Below, in pieces: positions 25,997 to 32,000 of a stretch of 32,000 bases of DNA. Under the pieces are notes generated by a model. That model worked only from the letters and a program-made list of their open reading frames with translations, searched no databases and was not told the origin of the DNA. The stretch is from Erysipelotrichaceae bacterium OH741_COT-311. GTDB lineage: Bacteria > Bacillota_I > Bacilli_A > Erysipelotrichales > Erysipelotrichaceae. Location: the NCBI GenBank assembly GCA_003858585.1, contig RQZE01000005.1, forward strand, positions 60,001-92,000. The letters run 5' to 3'. Position numbers and translations under genes: made by a program. Each line of letters opens with the position of its first letter. Position 1 is the first letter of the stretch.

Positions 25997-27109
25997 CTAA
26001 AATGGTAAATCATCACTTGAAATGTCTAGCGTTGGTTGGCCAAGGTCAAGTACCGGTTGCTTTGCTTCATTGATTGCTTTTAGTACTTGGTCCCATGCGC
26101 CAATAAACGCTCCTTCGATAAAGTTTTTTGGATAATTTTTAAACAACATTGTTCTAGTAACATATCCTTTTTTTGCGGCAATATCTTTTAAATCGCTTAC
26201 TGTTACATCATTTGCCAACATTAAGTCTTGTAATGCTTTTGGAAGGAAGTTAAACTCACTTTCTTCTTCAGTCATTTGTTTTTGTGCTTGTATTGGTTTT
26301 GTTGTTTGTGTTGGCTTTTCTACTTTGATTTCAGTAGTTTTCGGTTTGTCTTCTACAACTTCGATTTCTAAACCGAACGTTCCGGAAAGAATAATATGTT
26401 CGATGTGTTTATAATCAAATTCCAATTCTTCAGGTAGTCCATGACGATTTTTAGCATCCCAACAAGGGTGGTGCGAAGTGTACATAATTCTACGACCGCC
26501 TTGTGCTTTGTTTTTCCCTTTAGCAGCACCTTGGTTATCAACATTTACGACTACTGTTTTATAATTAGCGAATAGAATCATATCAGCCCATTCTTTCAAT
26601 AATGGTGCTGTTTTCTTTTGGAGTTTTAACTCCCAACGATCGTATGCACCGATTTCGTCCGGTTGTTCGAATTTACGCATCATTGCATGTGCAGTAAACA
26701 CAACATTGATACCTAAAGGAATTAATTCGCTTAGTTTATTTAATAAACGACCAAATTCTTCAGCTAGGTAAACATATCCTTTACCATAGCCCATGTCTTC
26801 AATACCCTTGATATTCATCTTTTGGCAGATATTATCGATACATAATAACTCTGTCCAGTCCGCAGTATCGATTACTAATGTCGTACATAGATTGCAGTTA
26901 TTTTTAACGTATTCAATTTCCTGAAGCAACATTGCCCAACTTGTAGGTTTTGGCAAACGTCGTACTTCCATATTGTTTGTAGAGTCTTCAACATCAATAA
27001 ATAAAGCGTTCGGGAACTTACTTGCAAACGTTGATTTTCCAATCCCTTCAGGACCATAGACTACAATTTTCTGAGCCTTAGCGATTTTTCCAGAATTTAT
27101 TTCAAACAT
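25997..27109 (-). CDS. Sak4-like RecA-fold ATPase (AAA_24) with a C-terminal domain and an SSB-like acidic tip
   Basis: 370 aa. Walker A GPEGIGKST, Walker B LVIDT, a Thr/Gln/Pro-rich linker, and the C-terminus ...LDISSDDLPF. Confidence 0.7.
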   Translation of the reverse strand: MFEINSGKIAKAQKIVVYGPEGIGKSTFASKFPNALFIDVEDSTNNMEVRRLPKPTSWAMLLQEIEYVKNNCNLCTTLVIDTADWTELLCIDNICQKMNIKGIEDMGYGKGYVYLAEEFGRLLNKLSELIPLGINVVFTAHAMMRKFEQPDEIGAYDRWELKLQKKTAPLLKEWADMILFANYKTVVVNVDNQGAAKGKNKAQGGRRIMYTSHHPCWDAKNRHGLPEELEFDYKHIEHIILSGTFGLEIEVVEDKPKTTEIKVEKPTQTTKPIQAQKQMTEEESEFNFLPKALQDLMLANDVTVSDLKDIAAKKGYVTRTMLFKNYPKNFIEGAFIGAWDQVLKAINEAKQPVLDLGQPTLDISSDDLPF

Positions 27110-28401
27110 TAAAATGTACCTCCAAATTCTTTTAGTTTGCTTGTTGTTTCTACTTGTTCAGCTCCTTTTACATAGCCGTCTTCAATGATGATTGAACATT
27201 CATCACCAGTAGAAACACGTGTTGCGATAACTTGCAATCCTTCTTTTTCAAGCCATTTTCCAAACTCGTTCATTGTTTCAATGTCCATTTGTTCTAGTTT
27301 GTCCATTAACACAAATCCACAATCAGGATTGATTTTTCTAACAATAGAAGTAGCAACTTTCAATTGTTCTGAGCCGCTCATGTTATCCCATTCTTGACCT
27401 TTATAAATCAAGTTTCCGTTTTGAATATTTAATTCCGGAAGTGGCAAGTTTGCATTGTTTAATAAATCTAATTTAGACTGACGAACGCTGTCGATTTCAG
27501 TTGTAAGTTCTTTGTATTGATCTGCGTAGAACTTAGCATCTTCTTCAGCTTTCTCTTTGTCCAAATTCTTTCTAATCTTGGCATTGATTTCTTCAATATT
27601 CTGCAAGTTTTGTTCCAACTCTGTAGTTGATTCATCTTGCAATTGCTCGCTTGTTTTCAATGCAACTTCTAAATCTTTTGTTTTGATGTTTAGTAGTTCT
27701 TCTTGTTTTAGTAGCTCTTCTTTTAAAAGTTCTACTTTTCGACTTAAAGCACTAACTTCAACACTTAGATTATTTGCTTTATCTCTTAGACGTTGGTTTT
27801 CACCATTACGTGCCAAGATTTCTTGTTGTTGTTTAATCAACGCAGCAGGTGATATTAAATTTTCAGGAACATCGTTGTAAAACTCCTGTTCATCTGCAAA
27901 CTTCTTTTTTTGGTCTGCGATTTGGCCAATCGCAAGTCGTTTGTTGTAAAGTTCTGTTTCTTTGAGTTCTAGCTCAACAATCTCCTTTTCTAGCCCAATG
28001 ATTCGCAACATTGTTTTTCCTTTGTCCTTATTATTCATCTGCATGAACTTCGGAAGATTCAATGCTAACTTTTCGACAAAACTGTCTAAAAGTGTTTGTC
28101 CTGCTTTCTGACCGCTAGGATCTGTAACTTTCAATGTACTGTTTTTGCCGATTCGTTCAACGATCAGACCATTTGAAAGTGTCACTTTCAAATTTGGTGG
28201 AATGATAGATTCATCATTCTGTGGTCTGCTTGGTTTAAAAGCGTCACCGCCCAAAAGCCATGCAACAGAATCAATGACAGATGTTTTACCTTGACCGTTT
28301 CGACCGCCAATAACAGTCAAGCCGTTTTCTGTTGGTTCTAACGTTACAGCTTTGACACGCTTAACGTTTTCGATTTCTAACTTATTAATTTTGATTGACA
28401 T
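27109..28401 (-). CDS. SMC/RecF/SbcC-like AAA ATPase with a coiled-coil insert
   Basis: 430 aa. Walker A GGRNGQGKTS, a long coiled-coil middle, the signature-like motif SGSEQ, and Walker B FVLMDKLE. Confidence 0.7.
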   Translation of the reverse strand: MSIKINKLEIENVKRVKAVTLEPTENGLTVIGGRNGQGKTSVIDSVAWLLGGDAFKPSRPQNDESIIPPNLKVTLSNGLIVERIGKNSTLKVTDPSGQKAGQTLLDSFVEKLALNLPKFMQMNNKDKGKTMLRIIGLEKEIVELELKETELYNKRLAIGQIADQKKKFADEQEFYNDVPENLISPAALIKQQQEILARNGENQRLRDKANNLSVEVSALSRKVELLKEELLKQEELLNIKTKDLEVALKTSEQLQDESTTELEQNLQNIEEINAKIRKNLDKEKAEEDAKFYADQYKELTTEIDSVRQSKLDLLNNANLPLPELNIQNGNLIYKGQEWDNMSGSEQLKVATSIVRKINPDCGFVLMDKLEQMDIETMNEFGKWLEKEGLQVIATRVSTGDECSIIIEDGYVKGAEQVETTSKLKEFGGTF

Positions 28402-28775
28402 TATTTATCCTCCTGACCAAAGATTTCATCCCAATTAATTCTGGGATTGTCTATATTTATTTGTTTGTCATCGAAAAGTTTGATAATGTACTTCAGCTCA
28501 TTACCGTGCTGAAACGTTAAATCTTCTAAATTTGTATCTTTTACAATTTTAAAAGATTTAATCTTTATAATTTTGAGACCATAGCAAGTTTCTGCCAATG
28601 CATACTCCTTGTTGATTATTCCAGAAAGCCATTTTTCTTCTATTACTTTCGGACTTAATAACCATGTGTAGACAGGTGCACCTTCCCCATAGTTATCATT
28701 TTCTATTGCGTATTGATTAGTTTCTGTATCAGCGTGCGTATGCACGCCTTCAATTAGAATCATTATGTTTTCCAT
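28401..28775 (-). CDS. early protein of unknown function (124 aa)
   Basis: ORF in the early operon, with stop/start overlap with the ATPase gene. Confidence 0.45.
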   Translation of the reverse strand: MENIMILIEGVHTHADTETNQYAIENDNYGEGAPVYTWLLSPKVIEEKWLSGIINKEYALAETCYGLKIIKIKSFKIVKDTNLEDLTFQHGNELKYIIKLFDDKQINIDNPRINWDEIFGQEDK

Positions 28776-28776
28776 T

Positions 28777-29097
28777 TTATTTTTCTCTCCTATTTCCTTC
28801 TTCTTTTAGTTTTCTAATATGAAACATTCGATCAACCCAATCCCCTTCAAATGATGTGAACTCATCGATTAAATTTAACGGTATTATATATTCTGCATCT
28901 CTGTAGTCGTTTCTTCTAAGTTTTCCCGAAAGCCAATCTGAATCAATTACATCAATGTATCCAGACTCATATATTATTTTCAAAACTTCATCACCGGTAA
29001 TAACTTCACATATAAGTGCCACTACCTTTTCAAAATCTTTTATTACTGCTTCGTATTTTTCATTTTCGTAATCTTTTAAATAAACCTTTTTATCCAT
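28777..29097 (-). CDS. early acidic protein of unknown function (106 aa)
   Basis: ORF in the early operon. Shares the VIxxxWLSG...Y..AE motif with the 124-aa neighbour. Confidence 0.45.
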   Translation of the reverse strand: MDKKVYLKDYENEKYEAVIKDFEKVVALICEVITGDEVLKIIYESGYIDVIDSDWLSGKLRRNDYRDAEYIIPLNLIDEFTSFEGDWVDRMFHIRKLKEEGNRREK

Positions 29098-29102
29098 TTT
29101 CT

Positions 29103-29351
29103 TTATTTCCTTTCTAACGTTTCACGTAGAAATACGTTTAAATCTTCGTTATTTTTGAAATACAATTCTTTCATACGGTTAAACCAAAGAAATAATTGTG
29201 CTGTTGCGTGTTCATTTGTTGATTTTTTAGAAATAAGTACCATATAGCTATTTGGAAATCTCAGCACAATACAATCAGCATCATTTTGAATAAACGTTTG
29301 TGTGATATATTGCTTTAGATCCTCTTGTAATTCCACTTTATTCATATTCAA
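29103..29351 (-). CDS. early protein of unknown function (82 aa)
   Basis: ORF in the early operon. Confidence 0.4.
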   Translation of the reverse strand: MNMNKVELQEDLKQYITQTFIQNDADCIVLRFPNSYMVLISKKSTNEHATAQLFLWFNRMKELYFKNNEDLNVFLRETLERK

Positions 29352-29913
29352 TATGACCTCTTGTATCTAACTTGCTTTCCTCATTTGATACGAATAGATC
29401 GTATCTCTGCACCTCTTCACGCCAGAAGCTGGCACCGCAACTGTCTAATATAATACCTGGATAAGATACACCATCAACGAAGATGGTTACTTCATCGTAA
29501 AGACTGTGGATTCCAAATCCATCTGGAAGGCTGTTGTATTTAGCGCACGCCCCTGTTTCAGCATAGAAACAAGTGTATGTAGCGCCAGCTAAGACTAACT
29601 TATCCTGGTACGTGTACCAACCTTTTTCATTGATTTGAAAATCGTCAGTACACAATCCGCTAGAAGTGCATGATCCACTGTTTGTTGAGTCGTTTTCCCA
29701 ATACGATGTGATACGTATAGATCTAGGTTCTTTTGCTTCTACCAAAGCTTTTTGTTCAATTGTTATTTCTGTTTTAGCACTATTTAATTTGTATAAATAG
29801 CTATAGTCGTCATTGATTTCTATTTTTTTAGGGGTAATCAATGTAACGATTACCACTGCTATAATTCCAATCGTGAAAATCATTACAAGTTTTTTAAATT
29901 CGTTTAGCTCCAT
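29338..29913 (-). CDS. membrane-anchored 3D-domain (RlpA/MltA-like double-psi beta-barrel) protein
   Basis: TAGGAGG RBS before the ATG at 29913. N-terminal TM helix LVMIFTIGIIAVVIVTLI. The C-terminal region ITSYW...GSCTSSG...LAGATY...ILDSCGA resembles 3D domains. The track start at 30072 has no RBS and overlaps the upstream gene. Confidence 0.6.
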   Translation of the reverse strand: MELNEFKKLVMIFTIGIIAVVIVTLITPKKIEINDDYSYLYKLNSAKTEITIEQKALVEAKEPRSIRITSYWENDSTNSGSCTSSGLCTDDFQINEKGWYTYQDKLVLAGATYTCFYAETGACAKYNSLPDGFGIHSLYDEVTIFVDGVSYPGIILDSCGASFWREEVQRYDLFVSNEESKLDTRGHIEYE

Positions 29914-29929
29914 TTGATACCTCCTAAAT

Positions 29930-30235
29930 TTATTGGTATAATTTGATAGGGATAATATTCCCTTTGTTGAGTTTTGGACTTTCCTTTTTGCTTGGTCGGC
30001 GGTTAGGAAGTCCTTTTTTGTTTCTTTGCAGCACTTCAAATTTGATCGTTGCTGCGTTTGATAAATTGGCATCGCTATAATTCAACAAGAAGTTGTTTAC
30101 TTCAATGTTTGTAAACAAATAGCGTTTACCTCTTTTCATTGCTTTGATAGCACCATACTTTCTTAGCAGTGCTATCTTTTTAACGCTCATATTGAGCGCT
30201 TGAGATAGCTCTACGGTAGTGTATACTAATTTCAT
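29930..30235 (-). CDS. MerR/excisionase-type helix-turn-helix protein
   Basis: 101 aa starting from MKLVYTTVELSQALNMSVKKIALLRKYGAI. GAAGGA RBS. The track start at 30289 lacks an RBS. Confidence 0.55.
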   Translation of the reverse strand: MKLVYTTVELSQALNMSVKKIALLRKYGAIKAMKRGKRYLFTNIEVNNFLLNYSDANLSNAATIKFEVLQRNKKGLPNRRPSKKESPKLNKGNIIPIKLYQ

Positions 30236-30348
30236 GTTTTGTCCTTCTTTCCAAAAATCAAAATCAACGGAATGGCTATGCCTGCACAAATGAATGCAAA
30301 CATAATTGATTCAAATACTACGCTTATCATTTTTGTAAAGTGTTGCAT
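30232..30348 (-). CDS. 38-aa hydrophobic micropeptide, not in the track (MQHFTKMISVVFESIMFAFICAGIAIPLILIFGKKDKT)
   Basis: AAGGAGG RBS 4 nt before the ATG at 30348. One predicted TM helix. ATGA overlap with the next gene. Confidence 0.45.
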   Translation of the reverse strand: MQHFTKMISVVFESIMFAFICAGIAIPLILIFGKKDKT

Positions 30349-30367
30349 TGTGCCTCCTTTCTGTTTT

Positions 30368-30383
30368 CTTGCATTTACGTAAG
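30368..30383. promoter_or_regulatory. operator-like site O3 (CTTGCATTTACGTAAG) just downstream of the cro-like stop
   Basis: Shares 13/16 positions with the palindromic site at 30604-30619. Confidence 0.4.
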
Positions 30384-30587
30384 TTATTCGGTAAAAAAAA
30401 TAGAATTTACATCTTCGTTACTTAAATTTAAAGCTTTTTTTATCGTTTGAATCTCTCTTCTATAAAAATCAGTATGTCCATTTTTCTTTCTATATAGAGT
30501 TACAATATCGATTTCTAAAATTTGAGCTAACTTTTCGTTTGTAAATCCGTGTTCTACCATTTTCGCATCCAATAATCTTTTTTGCAT
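30384..30587 (-). CDS. Cro-like XRE-family HTH regulator
   Basis: 67 aa from MQKRLLDAKMVEHGFTNEKLAQILEIDIVTLYRKKNG. GAGGTG SD 6 nt upstream. Divergent from the repressor gene. Confidence 0.75.
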   Translation of the reverse strand: MQKRLLDAKMVEHGFTNEKLAQILEIDIVTLYRKKNGHTDFYRREIQTIKKALNLSNEDVNSIFFTE

Positions 30588-30603
30588 GTTTATCACCTCT
30601 TTT

Positions 30604-30619
30604 CTTACGTTTGCGTAAG
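30604..30619. promoter_or_regulatory. operator O1: palindrome CTTACG-TTTG-CGTAAG
   Basis: 6-4-6 inverted repeat between the early-promoter -10 and the cro-like RBS. Confidence 0.55.
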
Positions 30620-30622
30620 TTA

Positions 30623-30651
30623 ATGATAAATCCTTTTTATTTTTAAGTCAA
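30623..30651 (-). promoter_or_regulatory. early lytic promoter (PR-like)
   Basis: Minus-strand TTGACT (30651-30646), 17 nt, TATCAT (30628-30623). Confidence 0.55.
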
Positions 30652-30665
30652 TACTTAAATGCAAG
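30650..30665. promoter_or_regulatory. operator-like site O4 (minus-strand CTTGCATTTAAGTATT) overlapping the PR -35
   Basis: Shares the CTTGCATTTA half with O3. Confidence 0.35.
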
Positions 30666-30691
30666 TTTTTTATTTTTATTCGCCTTTACTC

Positions 30692-30707
30692 ATTGCAAAA
30701 ACGCAAG
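30692..30707. promoter_or_regulatory. operator-like site O2 (minus-strand CTTGCGTTTTTGCAAT) overlapping a candidate repressor-gene promoter
   Basis: TTGC-N6-GCAA inverted repeat. Plus-strand TTGCAA (30693-30698), 17 nt, TATTAT (30716-30721). Confidence 0.35.
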
Positions 30708-30739
30708 AAAAAGCATATTATATTATTGAGGTAATAAAA

Positions 30740-31555
30740 ATGGATATAAAAGAATTGATAAATAGAAGAAAAAATCAATTAAAACTGACTTATCTTGATA
30801 TTGCGAAAGCCTGTGATGTCAGTGAAGCTACTGTTTCTAGATGGGCTAGTGGTGAAATCGGAGATATGAAAAGAAGTCGAATCGCTGCTTTAGCTAAAGT
30901 ATTACAAGTTCCGCCAAGTGTTTTAATAGAAGATGACGGTTTCGAAGAAGATCCAAACATTTTGAAATTAGAACGAACTTTAGAAAAAATATCAGATTTT
31001 TTTCAAGATAATGGATTTTCATTAGATTTTGATACTTATGATTGCGACAAATATTTATTGGTTAAAGACGGAAAAATAGTAAACGCGTTTAACCTTGCGG
31101 ATTTATTACTTTTTTATGAAGATGCAAAAAATCACGGTAATTTCAAAAGCTTGCCTGCAGCATATACAATTCCAGTATTAGGGCTTGTTCAAGCTGGTGT
31201 TCCTATAACAGCTGTAGAAAACATAATCGACTATGAAGAACTTGATCCAAAAGAATACAAACGTCCTGAAGAATATTTTGGTTTAAAAATAAACGGTGAT
31301 TCTATGGAACCAAAACTATTTAAAGATGATACAGTCATTGTCCATCAACAGTCTTCAGTTGAAAATAATGATATAGCAATTGTCTTAGTAAATGGTGAAG
31401 ATGCCACTTGTAAAAAGGTGACATTTAACGATCAAGGCATTATATTAGTGTCTTTGAATCCAAAGTACGAACCTATGTTCTACAGTTTAGAACAGATAGA
31501 AACTTTGCCTGTAACAATTATCGGCAAGGTTGTTGAATTAAGAAGAAAGTTTTAA
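30740..31555 (+). CDS. cI-like repressor: XRE HTH + S24 (LexA-like) autopeptidase domain
   Basis: 271 aa from MDIKELINRRK. HTH LTYLDIAKACDVSEATVSRW, LexA-like VQAGVP region, GDSMEP serine motif and a downstream Lys (ATCKKV). GAGGT RBS; the track start at 30659 lacks one. Confidence 0.85.
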   Translation: MDIKELINRRKNQLKLTYLDIAKACDVSEATVSRWASGEIGDMKRSRIAALAKVLQVPPSVLIEDDGFEEDPNILKLERTLEKISDFFQDNGFSLDFDTYDCDKYLLVKDGKIVNAFNLADLLLFYEDAKNHGNFKSLPAAYTIPVLGLVQAGVPITAVENIIDYEELDPKEYKRPEEYFGLKINGDSMEPKLFKDDTVIVHQQSSVENNDIAIVLVNGEDATCKKVTFNDQGIILVSLNPKYEPMFYSLEQIETLPVTIIGKVVELRRKF

Positions 31556-31568
31556 AGAAGGGGTATTT

Positions 31569-31748
31569 ATGTTCAAGAAAAAAATAGATATATCAAAACT
31601 TACAGATTATGAGTTAAAAGAAAGGATTGAAATACTTAAAAATTCATTACAAAATTTTAAGAAAGATGATCCTGTGTTACCATTCTTTCAGGCTCATTTA
31701 AAGAAACACCAAGAAGAAATGAATAAAAGAAATTCATTATTTAATTAA
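31569..31748 (+). CDS. 59-aa ORF between repressor and integrase, not in the track (MFKKKIDISKLTDYELKERIEILKNSLQNF...)
   Basis: GAAGGGG lies 6 nt upstream of the ATG at 31569, which is 13 nt after the repressor stop. Confidence 0.45.
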   Translation: MFKKKIDISKLTDYELKERIEILKNSLQNFKKDDPVLPFFQAHLKKHQEEMNKRNSLFN

Positions 31749-31752
31749 AACT

Positions 31753-31790
31753 AAAAAAGTCCCTGAGCGCCGACCAAAGCGAAGGACTTT
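31753..31790 (-). terminator. intrinsic terminator oriented for minus-strand transcripts
   Basis: Minus-strand RNA AAAGUCCUU...AGGGACUUU forms a 9-bp stem plus an inner CGC/GCG, followed by UUUUUUAGUUUU. On the plus strand the stem is followed only by UUUAAGU. Confidence 0.5.
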
Positions 31791-31862
31791 AAGTAGAAAA
31801 ACTATAGCAACCACTATAAGCTTTTTCTATTCCTTATTTTAGCATAAAACGGAGGAATTTGC

Positions 31863-32000
31863 ATGAAAAAATTAGATTATATCTATGCGGTTTATTCTAA
31901 ACAGAATAGAAAAATACGTGGATATACTGTCAAATTTAGATATTTTAACGTAGACGGTAAATCTAGTATTTACGAAAAATATTTTTCTATAACTCATTAT
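31863..32000 (+). CDS. probable integrase, N-terminal fragment (runs off the right edge)
   Basis: GGAGG RBS. The 46 visible aa (MKKLDYIYAVYSKQNRKIRGYTVKFRYFNVDGKSS...) resemble arm-type DNA-binding N-termini of tyrosine integrases. Position next to the repressor. Confidence 0.4.
   Translation, partial: MKKLDYIYAVYSKQNRKIRGYTVKFRYFNVDGKSSIYEKYFSITHY

Noticed and set aside
26875-27057. 60-aa same-strand ORF nested in the Sak4-like gene
   Set aside because: It is out of frame inside a gene with clear Walker motifs, and it has no RBS.
29914-30289. Long versions of ORFs 29338..30072 and 29930..30289, which overlap each other by 143 nt
   Set aside because: Internal ATGs at 29913 and 30235 each have a good SD. 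Using them removes the overlap and starts the proteins at sensible N-termini (a TM anchor and an HTH). The upstream extensions lack RBSs.

Overview
Nearly the whole window is one temperate siphovirus-type prophage from a low-GC Gram-positive (Bacillota-like) host; the host genus cannot be determined from the sequence alone. Almost all genes read right-to-left on the minus strand. From the right: a lysogeny switch at 29.3-32 kb, with a cI-like HTH+S24 repressor, a 59-aa ORF and the start of a probable integrase on +, and a Cro-like gene and early genes on -. Next is a replication/recombination module at 19.4-28.4 kb (SMC-like ATPase, Sak4-like ATPase, DUF669, SF2 helicase, primase-helicase, RusA). 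Then come a late activator, terS/terL, portal, MuF, scaffold, capsid, head-tail, tail, tape measure and baseplate/fibre genes (1.8-19 kb), a lysis cassette (0.48-1.8 kb), and a small HTH moron at the left edge. No rRNA, tRNA, CRISPR array or transposase was seen. Several items fall outside routine annotation. (1) The MuF protein has a toxin-like C-terminal extension and is followed by a GC-rich structured RNA plus two tandem terminators rather than an immunity ORF. (2) A very AT-rich island between helicase and primase has its own promoter, an untracked RHH ORF, a candidate antisense sRNA and a Cys-repeat/HNH-like gene split at an A9 tract. (3) An iteron/palindrome cluster lies downstream of the primase-helicase. 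(4) A hairpin loop is complementary to the terS ribosome-binding site. (5) The Sak4-like ATPase ends in an SSB-type DDLPF tail. (6) A second amidase sits inside the tail module. All functional calls come from motif recognition and synteny by eye; no database search was run.
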